This document shows positions 27,193 through 40,796 of a stretch of 64,000 bases of DNA, piece by piece. The notes under the pieces were generated by a model that searched no databases, was not told the origin of the DNA, and saw nothing but the letters and a program-made list of their open reading frames with translations. The translations under genes were made by a program, and so were the position numbers. Numbering within the stretch: position 1 is the first letter of the stretch; every line of letters starts with the position of its first letter. The DNA is from Octopus vulgaris (Eukaryota), in NCBI GenBank assembly GCA_951406725.2, contig OX597817.1:77190001-77254000 (forward strand), in the 5' to 3' direction.

Positions 27193-27268
27193 GTTGCTAA
27201 TGGTAACATCAGTAAAATGGTGTTATTGCTAAGGCTAGTGGTAATATAATCCAGTTGCTAATGGCAAA
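27193..27268. promoter_or_regulatory. Cluster of RFX X-box-like motifs
   Basis: GTTGCTAATGGTAAC (27193-27207), GTTGCTAATGGCAAA (27254-27268) and further TTGCTAA half-sites. Confidence 0.4.
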
Positions 27269-27592
27269 AACAGCATGATTGCTAACAACATCGGCAATTT
27301 CGAGAAATAAAAAAGTAAATCGGGAAAAAAAATAAAACCCTAAACACAATACATTTTTAGAAAAAAAAAAAATGCACGAGTACTTTTCCTATAGGATCTG
27401 ATCATTCAATAGCATAGCTCAGTTGTTTGCGCTTTATTCCCTCTGATAACAGTTAACCAAATTAGTGCCAATATTGAGAAGAGAAGATCCTTTCTTCATT
27501 GTGCCTGTCACCAACGATGGTAGCAGAACATATGATGATGCCTCTTACATAGCTAATCCATAATCACAATCAAATCATTATCATCACCATCA

Positions 27593-27624
<32 letters not shown>

Positions 27625-27925
27625 GATGTTGCTGTTGCCGTTATTCATTAACAAGAACGGAAAGGAGAGAATTAAAACACCATGAAATACGAAGCAAAGC
27701 TGGGAAATGTCACTTAATGCTATCACACTATTGGCAATATTAGTATTATAAGTGTGTGTGCATATGTATGTGTGTGTGTGTGTGAGAGAGAGAGAGACAG
27801 AGACAGACAGACAGACAGACAGATAGGTAGGTATTTTGATTAACAGATAGACAGATATGCAGAGTAAGGCATGTCTTACTAGTTTTAATTAATTAAACAC
27901 ACAAAAACACATGTAAGTTTATATA

Positions 27926-27988
<63 letters not shown>

Positions 27989-28202
27989 ATAGAAATAGTA
28001 AGACAACAAAAGAATAAAAGAGACCTCGATATTATGTAAATAGAGGAATTTATATATATATATATATATGTATGTAGATATATATATGTATATCTATGTG
28101 TGTGTGTGTATATATATGTATCTATGTGTATATATATATATATACATATACATGCATTTATATATATAAGTACATACATATATATACACACGCACACATG
28201 CC

Positions 28203-28259
<57 letters not shown>

Positions 28260-28580
28260 GCAAAGGACATTTCTTCTGCAAATAAAGAATGCCATCACAG
28301 AAATTCATTTGTTTCTTATAGTATTTATGATTATTATTATTATTATTATTATTATTTTCACCCCACCATTGCCAACCTTCTTAAATAGGAAGAAAGAACA
28401 TCAACAAAAACAACAACAACAACACAACTAATAAGAACAACAACAGTAAGTGCTACAAGGTAACTTTCTTGATGAACGTTAAAATACTCTTGTTATACAA
28501 GCTCTTTGTTGCGTTTCATTGCTGGTCTTTTTTTACCATACAAGTTTATTTATATATACATACACATTCATATAAATATA

Positions 28581-28649
<69 letters not shown>

Positions 28650-28710
28650 ATGTGTATAATTTAAGGGGGAGACAAAAGGTACAATTATAGGTATAGGGAA
28701 GAAAGATATA

Positions 28711-28762
<52 letters not shown>

Positions 28763-29091
28763 TTATATATATTATATATATATATATATTATATATATAT
28801 ATGAAAAAGATATAAAAATAAGCATTGGTAAGCCTGCTAAACAGACAAGATGGAAATAATAGCAAGGTGTAAGTATCTTTGAGAGGGTTGGGGCGGAAGT
28901 GTCATCTTAAGAGTCATTCAGTTGCATGCTTGCACATGTGTGTGTGTGTATGTGCGTGTGTGTGTGTGTGTGCATGTGTGTGTGTGATGTAAATGAATTG
29001 GACATTAAGACGTTTATAAATGTACACGTATAGCTGGAGAGATATAAGTACATACATATATATATACACACATATAGATATACATATATAA

Positions 29092-29124
<33 letters not shown>

Positions 29125-29302
29125 GATAGATACATATATATATATATATATATATAGATAGATAGATAGATCCATATATATATATATATATAAATATATA
29201 CATATAGATATACAGATATATAAATATATATCAATAATTATTGATGTAAGATATATATATTTATATGTATATTTATAGATATCTATATATACTTAACAAA
29301 TA

Positions 29303-29340
<38 letters not shown>

Positions 29341-31838
29341 CTATGTATGTCTATGTATGCACTTACACGCACTCCATATCCACGCACATACACACACATA
29401 CACAAACACACACATTCATGGATGCACACAGGAGACAAACACAAAGAAAACCGCTTAATAATGTATTAATGATAAAGCAAAATAAAAAAGAATGAATGTC
29501 GTAACACCAGAGGCAAACAGCTAAACATAGAACCGAGCATATGTCAGCTCATGTGAGCACTGTCCAAGTACACATTCACATGAGGGTGCGTGACTGAGCA
29601 TGCATACGTATCTGCATGTGTATGCGTACAGGCATTACTCTGTGTATGTATGTATGTATGTGTGTGTGTGTGTGTGTTTGTGTGCGCATGTGCAACTGTA
29701 TGTGTTAGTATGTATAATGGGTGTCTTAGAAACGGTATTTCAGTTGCTGTTCTTAATATCTTCTACAGATGGTTAAAGTCTTTGTGGAGTTATTGTTGAG
29801 ATAGTGGTTACCTAAGTGTAAGAGATTTTTTTATTTATTTATTTATTTATTTGTTTGTTTCATTTTGTTGCCGTTTCTGTCTCTGTTTCATTTCGTATTC
29901 TTGTATTTCTTGTCTTGAATTAAAGGCTCAGAATAACATAATAATTATTACAGACAGGGTACCCATATGTACCGTAGCAAAAACAGAACTAAAAAAAAAA
30001 CAAAAAAAAAAACAAACAAAAGACACACAATAAAAAAAAATGAAACGTTGTCTGAAGATGGCTACTTATTCTATAAAGGAATTTGTCTTGCGCATTGTGC
30101 CTTTTGCTACGTAAGACCTTTGGCAATCAACAGCATCACCCTACTACCACCATCACCACCACAATCATCATCATTACCATTGTCAGCACCATCAGCATCA
30201 CCATTGTCAAAACCATCATCATCATTGTCGGCCCATCATCACCACCACCAGCATCATCATCATCATTGTCATGACCACTGTTATCTCCATCATCACCATT
30301 GTCAGCCCACCAGCACCTTCATTGTTGCCATCATCACTATAGTCATCATCATCACCATCACCATCAACATCATCATTACCATTATCACAGTTATCCTCAA
30401 AAGTATTATTATTAATTATAATATTCTTGCCATCATTACCATTATCACTATTGTCACAAGTCTTACTATTATTATCTTTCCTTTTCTTCTTCTTCTTCTT
30501 ATTATCATTATTACTTATATTGCTCATAAGAGCAGACACAAAAACACTAAAAAAAAAAAGACCCCCACAAAAACAAAACACAGGCCCATATTACACACAT
30601 ATATACTCGTACTTACATAAACAACAAACACGTTGTGCCAAGAGGAACAGAGAAATCCAGAAGGACAAATACATAAGATTAGATATGTAAACACTTACAC
30701 ATACACACAAACACAGACACACACACACATGCACTGTATAGTGCAGTAATCTAAAAATAACAATACACGAAACTACATACACATTAGCCCTACTCCCTCT
30801 ACACATGCACGCACACACACACACATATAGATGCATAGGTACATAAACACACATCATATACATACACAGTCTTATACTCTGCGATCAAGCTGATGGATTT
30901 AACACCAGTTTCTTTTCAAGCTAAGGCAGACATAACAGCCTCCGTGACCCATTAAAGTCATCAGTATTTAAAACAATATTTTTTGCAGATGAATTTCAAA
31001 GTGGTTACATTTCCCAGCATGCCTCTGTCTTGTGTTTTCTTTCATTTCTTCCATTCTTTTATACTGTTGTTGTTATTGCTCTCGTATTAATAAAAACAGT
31101 TGAGGAATGGCAGTGCTTGGCGGCAGAATTGGTACCATCACATACAAAATGCCTTGCCATATTTAGTTAGCTCTCTTTAAAAAAAGAAGTTCTGAGTTCA
31201 AATCCCGCAGGTCAAATTTATCTTTTATCATCCTTGAGATGAGATTGGTGAAATAAGTACCACTCAAGTACCATCCATCCATCCGTCCGTCCATCCATCT
31301 GTCTGTCTGTCTGTCTATCTGTCTGTCTATCTATCTGTCTGTCTGTCTGCCTGTCTGTCTCTCTGTCTATCTATCTAAAAGGTGAATTTTGCAGGATTTG
31401 AACCCAGGACACTGAGAATCAGAACAAATACCACCAAACACTATACTCTGATACCATGCTTTACAATATCTATGTTTGTTCCTTAGCATTGAAGTACTAT
31501 CATGATCACCATCACATTATCTATACCACTGAAATCCTCAGATGTCTACACAATGCATACACACAAGTCTTGAACACAGAACCTTAAAATGTCCATCAAC
31601 ATAGTCATTAGCATATGTGATAATAATTAGTGGTGCAGTTTTTAGTGTATTTCGTTAGTGAAATTGACCTTTCATTACAAAGTAACCATACTGAGCTCAA
31701 TTCAGCTCTATCTTTACTGAATAGGTTATCAAAATGTGTAATATGTATAGCTTCATTAATTTTTACTTGTAATTTACCACTGTGATTTTTCTATCAATTA
31801 TAGAAATTTCATATATGTATGTGTATGCCTGTATGTGC

Positions 31839-31872
<34 letters not shown>

Positions 31873-31950
31873 ATTTATATATGTATACATGCACATATGT
31901 ATATTATGTATGCATGTGTACATGTATTATATGTATATGTATGTATGTAC

Positions 31951-32086
31951 TTCTTTCTCTTTTTGTATTCCTGGGAAGATCATCTGGGGTAGGGGAGGAG
32001 AGTCCTCGGTCCTCAGGCACCTCCTCTGCAGAGTCCTATCAATGCAGAAAAGCAGTGGCTTAAACTGCAGAGTTTTCCTAATCTCA
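31951..32086 (-). CDS. Candidate exon (136 nt, phase 2->0): EIRKTLQFKPLLFCIDRTLQRRCLRTEDSPPLPQMIFPGIQKEKE
   Basis: GC-rich unique island. Acceptor atgttcttgttcgtcag|, weak donor |gtacat, open frame. Confidence 0.35.
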
Positions 32087-32146
32087 CTGACGAACAAGAA
32101 CATGAAACATATATATGCACACACACACACACACACGTGTGTGTGG

Positions 32147-32420
32147 AGGTGCAAAGCTGATTGGTTAGGGTGTTGCACTCACAATTGCGAGATTGTGGGT
32201 TCAATTCCCAGACCGGGCATTGTTTTGTGTTCTTGAACAAAGCACTTCAATTCACATTCTTCTACGATTATTTCATCATCTGACATGTGGCACATGGTGC
32301 ACCTGCACAGGTAAAGTGGATTTGATGGAAGAAGTGAGCTTATGTGAACACAAACATTTGATCAATATAAACAAATGATCTGTGTGGTTTTTTCAGCAAA
32401 CCCTAATACATCATCTAACA
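32147..32420 (+). mobile_element. Older tRNA-derived CORE-like SINE variant
   Basis: tRNA-like head (TGGTTAGGGTGTTGCACTCACAATTGCGAGATTGTGGGTTCAATTCCC) and GTGTTCTTGAACAAAGCACTT core. Related inverted copy near 37620-37760. Confidence 0.65.
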
Positions 32421-32454
32421 ACGGGAGAGTCCATGTTATATATATATATATATA

Positions 32455-32872
32455 GGTGTAGGAGTGGCTGTGTGGTAAGTAGCTTGCTTGCAAACCACAT
32501 GGTTCTAGATTCAGTCTCACCATGTGGCACCTTGGGCAAGTGTCTTCTACTATAACCTTGGGCCAACCAAAGCCTTGTGAGTGGATTTGGTAGACAGAAA
32601 CTGAAAGAAGCCTGTCGTATATATGTGTATATATATATATATATATATGTATGTATGAGTGTATATATGTTTGTGCATCTGTTTTTGTCTCCCCAACATC
32701 GCTTGACAACCGATGCTGGTGTGTTTACTTCCCCATAACTTAGCGGTTCGGCAAAAGAAGCTGATAGAATAAGTACTAGGCTTATAAAGAATAAGTACTG
32801 TGGTTGATTTGCTCGACTAAAGGCAGTGCTCTAGCATGGCCACAGTCAAATGACTGAAACAAATAAAAGAGT
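32455..32872 (+). mobile_element. SINE family B, full length, inserted in (TA)n
   Basis: Complete head (GGTGTAGGAGTGGCTGTGTGGTAAG), CORE-like ACCTTGGGCAAGTGTCTT, internal microsatellite, AAAAGAGT tail. Confidence 0.9.
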
Positions 32873-33255
32873 ATATATATATATAATGGTAGTTGTCAGC
32901 AAGAAGATTCGGAGTTGAATGAATACTTCAGAACATTGTGACTTAGTTTATATCCTCATACAGAACACAAACACACAAGCAAACACACACACACACACAC
33001 ACACAGAGGCACACACACTGATAGAGAACTAAGTGCTGTTTGAACAAACCAGTGAACTGTAACCTCGTCCCTACCACATAAATGTTTATATAGTCCCTTT
33101 CAGATTAGTATTTATTCTGTCTAACCTATCCCACAACACTTAACCCTTACTCTTGAAGCTTGTATTAGTTATTGTAGTCATTCCCTAAGTAATTAAAGCA
33201 TGATATTTACACTAGCATGGCAACTTTGAAACATAAGCCAGACTAAATATCTTAC

Positions 33256-33465
33256 AATTGTAGCATAAGGATTTTTCTGAATCCGCGTTTTTGTGCTTTG
33301 CGTTGTTTCGTTGATAATTTCTTTATTTCATTTTTTTTTGTCTTTAAAATGGTTTTCGTAACATTTTGTTTAACCAAACCTACGAAATCTTTAAGCATAT
33401 CTTTGAAGCCCCCATGTGGATGGAGATAACACTTAAGCATAAAACCAACTTCTTTATAGTCATAT
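33256..33465 (-). CDS. Candidate symmetric phase-2 exon (210 nt): [69 protein letters not shown]
   Basis: Acceptor tatacttctttaaag|, donor |gtaaga. Only one frame is open, for 69 codons, in AT-rich non-repetitive DNA. Protein not recognised. Confidence 0.55.
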
Positions 33466-33865
33466 CTTTAAAGAAGTATATACGTAAACAATAACATATA
33501 AAAATGATCTCACTTTCAATAAACATATACATGTAAGCACACTTGTATATATATATATATATATGCGCGTGTGTATATATATATATATGCGTATGTGTGT
33601 GTATGTATATATGTATGTATATATGCATATATAATGTATCATATATATATATATTGTATATATATGTATGTATATATATATATATGTGCATATATATATA
33701 TATATATATATATGAATATTAATGGATATATGAGTGCATTTTTTCCTGACTTATGGACTCTTAGATATCTATTTATATATATATATAATATATATTTATA
33801 TATATGTAAATATATATATATATAATATATATAAATATATATATATACATATTTATATATATATG

Positions 33866-33908
<43 letters not shown>

Positions 33909-33993
33909 ATATATAAATATATATATATATATATTTATATATATATGATATATATATGTATATATATGTGAGTGTGCGTATATATTATATATA

Positions 33994-34030
<37 letters not shown>

Positions 34031-34250
34031 GTGTGTATTCGCATACAATCAATAGCGAACAAAAGGAATATATACTGATTACTAACTAAATATAAATGCT
34101 TCATCCAAATGTAAAAATTTGTATTATCTTATTTTTCTGTCTTGCAAGTGATTTTGACGGATGGAAACTGAATGGAGCCCACTGTATGTGAGTGTATCTG
34201 TGTATGTGGTGTGAATGCATATGTGCATACACGTGTGCACGTATCTACAG

Positions 34251-34468
34251 TGAGGTGGGTGCTGAAAAGTTTTTGTCTTTAAGGATATCATGAAAGGCCT
34301 GGCTGGACGTCCTACCTTCTGAGTTCTTTTACAGGTCTTAGAAAAACTGAAGGACCACTGCAATTAATGCATAAATCTGATAGGGGAATATGTTGAATAA
34401 AATCATAAGGAACTGATCCTTCAGTGTTTTCTTTTACCCAAAGCAGGGAACTTTGCAGCACTCCCCCA
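34251..34468. mobile_element. Mariner-like MITE (second copy)
   Basis: Same TIR and internal TTAGAAAAACTGAAGGACCACTGCAAT as 24638-24853. Confidence 0.7.
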
Positions 34469-35584
34469 TGTGCTGTGTGTGTGTATATACACAGGCATGT
34501 TTACATAAGCAGTCTGTAATATTTGAATAATAACAACTAAAAAAAAAACTTTACATTTAAGAGAAAGACAGCTTAAGATAATATATCAAACTACTATAAT
34601 TAAATACTATTATGTTGTACTAAATAAATCTAAAATTTCAAGTGTGTGTAGAAAATGAAGGATCAACTAGGTTGGTGTCAAACATCTTGGAGGGTTCTCA
34701 GAAGAGACCGAGCACTAGTCTCTAAAAGTCAATAGAGACCAAGTAAATTTAATGCATTTATTCACAATTGCTTTCTTGAAGGTAGAAACAGACAGGTAAG
34801 AAAATAAAAACAATAATTATATTTTTTAAAATGCTATATTATCATGCTTTAAGCTTTTTCTTTTCTTTCTTCTTTTATTTTGTTTGTACTTTGTTTTGAA
34901 TTTTTTTTTTGTTCATCTGTAATACCTTACAAAAACACACGATGATACCAATAGTAACAACATCAAAGTTAAAAACCAGCCGTGATGTCATCACAGCCAA
35001 CAGCAATGTCTAATCACATGGCGTTTAGTACAATACAATAGAAATATGAAACAAACCAATATGTAACATACAGGTAACAGGTTCAACATTTATTTTATGA
35101 TGCCATTGAACATTCATAATTGCCCTCCTTCCTTTCTACCATGCAAACATCTATCTCTGGTAAGCAAATGATTTTGACCAATTTAGAATAATTAAAAATG
35201 TATTTTATTTAAAATGAAATAATAGTACGGAAAATAAATAAAAAACTCAAAGATATTCTCTTTTAAGCAACCCTTTACACATACACATAGAGTGTGTGTT
35301 TTAAATACATATATATATGTGAGAATACATGTATGTATATATATAGATATATATATAAATATTTAAATGCATACACACACACACACATCAAAGCAATATG
35401 CGTGATGCATCATCTACTTTAATCAGACCATTTGGCATTTGGGTACTTGAAGCAGTGCTACCCCCATTACAAGTCCTCAAATATATGTATATACAATAAG
35501 TATGTGTATGTGCATATATAAATATATAAATATATACATATATATACACACGCACTCACATTCTATTCAAACAGCAACACACAC

Positions 35585-35626
<42 letters not shown>

Positions 35627-36532
35627 CTACACACATATATATATATGTCAATGTGCATGGGGCAACAAGGAGGGGTGGAGTAAAAACTTACACCTTTTCT
35701 AAAGTTCAACAGTTCAATAACATGCAATTACACTCACAGACAAACAAACAAGAAAACAAACAAACAAACAAACAAAAAGAAATATGTTTAGAACTACCAA
35801 AGGATGTGAAAGCTTTTTTTCTGGTTTTTTTTTTTTGTTTTTTTGGTGAGGGTGTGGGCAGAATTTTGTCTTTGATAAGAATTCTATAGTTTATTTATTA
35901 TATCCTCCGTTGGAGACGGCAGCATTGTTCTCTAACTAATCATTAACAAATAATAATAATAATAATAATGATAATAAAAATAATAATAATAATGATGATG
36001 ATGATAATGGTAATGATGGTAATGGTGATGATGATATGTCCATGCAGTACTGAAGTTTCTACAAACCACCAATTTTTCTTTAACTTTTCTGGTTGTATAT
36101 TCATTTATTTATATTTTTTTTTCTATCTCAGACATATACACTATGGTAGGAAACACTGGAAAGTTCTTTCAGTAATCTGGAGAAATTCTCTCTCTCTAAA
36201 CGGTAGGAGGTGTTGAAGAAGAAACAAACACACACACAGATATATATATAACAACTAAAAAAGAGGTAGAAAGAGCCAAATGGTAAGTGGTATGTGTGTG
36301 TGGGTGGGTGCATTTGTAAAAGAATGCTTTGTTTTTCTAAGTTACATTTATTATTATTGTTGTTGTTGTTGTTATTATTATTATTATTATTATTGTCATC
36401 ACCACTATCTTCATCTATTACCTGAAGAGAAATTGTACTGTCCATTCACCAAATATGTTTGTTGCACACACACATGTGCATTATATACACATGTATGTAT
36501 CTTTTCATATATATATATATATATATTCTTTT

Positions 36533-36738
36533 GTTCTTTTACTTGTTTCAGTCAATCGACTGGGGCCATGCTGGAGCACCACCTTTAGTTGAACAAATCG
36601 ACCTAGGACTTTTTCTTTGTAAACCTAGTGTTTATTCTATTGGTTTCTATTGCCCAACTGCTAAATTATGAAGATGTAGACACACCAGCATTGGTTGTTG
36701 AGCAATTGTTGGGGTGGGGGGAGAAACACTGACACACA

Positions 36739-36799
<61 letters not shown>

Positions 36800-36962
36800 G
36801 TATGTATGTATATATGTATATATGTACGATGGACTTCTTTGAAGGTTTTGGTTGGCCTGAGGCTATAGTAAAAGACACTGGCCGAAGGTGCCACACAGTG
36901 GGACTGAACCCAGAACCATGTTGTTGGGAGGCAAGGTTCTTACCACACAGTCACATCTGCAC
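36533..36962 (-). mobile_element. SINE family B
   Basis: Reverse complement of the family B tail through head. Confidence 0.8.
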
Positions 36963-38512
36963 ATATATATATATATCAAAATATACACATTTGTGCATCA
37001 TTGCATATAAAAAGATGCATGCAATAATTTAAAAGTGCTTATGTGTATATGTTTGTATTCTTAAAAGCAGAATACACACATACATACACATATATATGCA
37101 AATAATGTAATTATACACACACAGACAAACACACACACACACAGAAGACCGAGAGAAAGAAAAAGGGAGAGACACTCAGATAGATAGATAGATAGATAGA
37201 TAGACAGACAGGAGAATACATGTACGTCCATATAAAACAGACAATAGTTTACCATGTTTAGACATTTATAGAAGAAGCCTGGCTCTCTGTATGAGCAAGT
37301 ACCTTAAGAATTCCAATGAACAAAGAAATACGTTGTTGTGGAAGTTGAATATTTAGTCTAACAAGATAGACATTTATACCGGAATTATGAAGGAAGAGAA
37401 TGAAAACCCACTGAACTGTAGAGGCTCAAGGTATAACTGTAACTGGTTAAGCAGCATATTTGTGGTTCAATTCTTGTCATCTCTTTAATCAGTTTGAACA
37501 CCAAATTATAGTTTGAAAATGAAGGACTTGTGATGATGGTTATGAGGGAAGGAAGACATAATAAAAGGAAAGAAGAAAAGAAATGGCTCTTTGTAAGGTG
37601 AGGAAAGCCAGTCCAGCACAGGGTTACCTAGTTATAGCTGAGTGGACTGGGCCAATGTGAAATGAAGTGCTTTTCTCAGGAACACAGAACACAACTTGGT
37701 CTGAGAATCAAACTCACAATCTAGCAATCCTGAGTGCTGTACCCAAACTATAAGGTCATGTACTTTATTATTAATAATAATTATATGCACACACAAAGAC
37801 ACATATATATGTATATCTATATCTTCATTATTAGTAATTATACATACTTATATATAAATATTATTATTGTTATTATCATTAATTGACAAAAGCTAGTCAC
37901 TCTCAATGAGTGCCAATGCACAAAGCTCTCAGCTCTTGAATAAACTTTTAGCTTCTGCTGATTATTAATAATAGAATATATATATATATATATATATAGG
38001 AACCTGGTGCAGCTCTCCAGCTTACCAGTTCCAGTCAAACTGTCTAACCCATGCCAGCATGGAAAGTGGACATTAAATGATGATGATAATGCTGATGATA
38101 TATATACATATACATACAGAGCTAGATAGATAGAGACAAACAGACAGATAGATATATGGAACAATCTATACAATCCTACATTAATATAAATTGTTAAAGA
38201 TAGTCCATTTTTTTTTTTATCGTTTATATAGTGTTTTATGGTTATGGTTATGTTATAGACACTAAAAGACAATAATCTTATTGTTGAATGTTATAACAGA
38301 CTCTTAATGGCCTAGATTTGACATAACGTCTAGTGTCATTGGTTCCTGCAGTACATTTTGTGTATATGCATGCATGTGTGTGTCTAAAGCCCAACACTCC
38401 TATAAAATGTGAATTTTCCCCAAGGGTGGAACATAATACTGTAAACTAATGAAATGGTGGACATTCTTTTATTTTAGAGTCCAACACCTGCTTTCATTAG
38501 GTGCAAAATATA

Positions 38513-38599
38513 CTTCTTGGTGATATCTAATTACCCAGTTATAGGGTACCCAGTACCCTTCTTGGTGATATCTAATTTCCCAGTTATAGGGTACCCAGT
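38513..38599. repeat. Tandem duplication, period 45 bp
   Basis: CTTCTTGGTGATATCTAATT(A/T)CCCAGTTATAGGGTACCCAGT at 38513 and 38558. Confidence 0.9.
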
Positions 38600-39994
38600 G
38601 ATAGTTGGGTATATTGGGATCTAGACACGGCAGAATGATAACAATAGAACCCAAATTGAAAACGTTTTCACTAGATATTTGGTATTTACATCAGAACTTC
38701 TGAGAGAAATTCTGCAATGGAGAATAAAACTATTAATACTTTTGCCCACTATTTACCTTGAAGGCTGAGGAGGTCTCTCTCAAAATTTAAAAGGACTCTG
38801 AGATATTTTTTTACATAAGAAGGCGCCATTCATCACAAGTCCTTCATTAGCCCTTGAGCCACAGACTAATGAACTAGCTCAAGCTCACCCACTTACAGGT
38901 TCTGACTTGTACTAATTAAGCCAGCCATCATAATATCAGACCACAAACAGTTTGTTCCACTCATCTGTCCTGACCCTTCTTCATGGCTGCTACTAGTACA
39001 TTTGAATTCTTATAATAGAACATTACTGTTTTCACTAATTTTTTTGATACCTTTCCATTCCTGAGACCATTCCTTATTCAGTGATACACACCTACTCAAT
39101 GATAAAAAATTTCAATTTTTATGAGATTAAAACTAAAATTTTCTGTCAAAATTCAATGTAAATTTATGTTCCAAACACCAAATTAAAAACAACAAAGTTA
39201 TTTTACTAAATTCTTTAAAATTTCTGAAATTATTTGAAACAAAGGCAGCATATTTCAGCAAAAATATGGCATGAAAAGAGTTAGATCTCCATGCTTCACT
39301 TTCTGAGGTTATCAAAATAAACACCAATCATAAACAGATTAATGTTAGTTGGCAATAACATTCTCATTTAATCTGTGGCCTTGTAGCAATGGAAAAATGC
39401 AATTCTATGATGGTTATGAGGGAAGAAAGGCATAATAATAAAAGGAAAGAAGAAAAGAAGTGGCTCTTTGTAAGGTGAGGAAAGGTATTGATGATTTGCT
39501 AATGTCAAAGAGTGGTCAGTTTACCTGGATGAGTGGCAGAAAAATAGGAATGTCACATGTACTGAGTTAGAGGCACTAGATAATGTACATGCACACACAC
39601 ACAACTGCATGTAGTTTGCTATGGCGATATCTCACTCATCCCTGTGGACTGCACACACTCACACATACACACACAAATACACAACAGCACACCTGCAATA
39701 AGAGAACCTCTCAATACAATATTATATAAAGTAATGACAGCTGTAGATGATAAGAGCAAAGACAAAGCTCCAACAAGTGCATCTGGTAACAGCCACTGAT
39801 GTAAGTAAGAGGAACGACAAATGCAGTGATGATAAATATGACGACAATGATGATGGTTACTTATTAAAGTATCAATTTATCTAATGCAGTCTGAAAATCT
39901 AATTTTCTTTTATTTCTGGTTGGAATTTCTTAAGAAAAAGCATTCAAGCCACCTCTCTTCTATATGCAAAAATAAAAAATAACAATAACATTTT

Positions 39995-40730
39995 ATAAAT
40001 TTTTGACAGAAGGCCTGCAATTTTAAAATGGGGGGTAAGTTGATTAGCTCAATCCAAGTGTTCAACAGGTACTTATACTTAATTTATTGACCATGAAAGG
40101 ACGAAATGCAAAGTCTACTGTAGCAGAATTTGAACTCAGAGCAAAAAACAAAAAGAACTGCTGCAAAGCATTTTATCCGATGTACTAACGATTCTGTCAC
40201 CTTGCCACCTTAATAGTAATAATAATAATAAATATTATTATTATTTCTTTATTTCCCACAGGGGGTTAAACATTAGAGGAGACAAACAAAGACAAAGGGA
40301 TTAAGTCGATTACATCAACCACAGTGTGTAGCTGGTACTTATTTAATCGACTCCGAAAGGATGAAAGGCAAAGTCAACATCAGCGGAATTTGAACTCAGA
40401 ACCTAGAAGTTGGCAGAATACCACTAAGCATTTTGTCCAGCACAACAACGATTCTGCCAGCTTGCCACCTAAAATAATAATGATGATAATAATAATAATA
40501 ATAATAATAATCATAATAATCCTTTCTATTATAGGCACATGACCTGGAATTGGGGGCGAAGGTGGGTTGTTGATGACATCAACTTCAGTACTCAACTGGT
40601 ACTTATTTTACTGGCCTTGAAAGTAAGAACGGCAAAGTTGACCTTGACGGAATTTGAACTCAGAACAAAGTCAGAAGAAATGTTGCAAATCATTTTGTCC
40701 AACACTCTAACAATTCTGCCAGCTCGCTAC
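39995..40730 (-). mobile_element. Three tandem family A SINEs separated by (TAA)n
   Basis: GAATTTGAACTCAGA and GATTCTG(C/T)CA-type motifs occur three times (~39995-40212, 40243-40470, 40520-40730). Confidence 0.8.
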
Positions 40731-40755
40731 CATTGTTGATGATGATGATGATGAT

Positions 40756-40796
<41 letters not shown>

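Noticed and set aside
29770-29817. Plus-strand exon-like segment with a strong acceptor and GTAAGA donor
   Set aside because: Stops in all three frames and no supporting plus-strand exon series.
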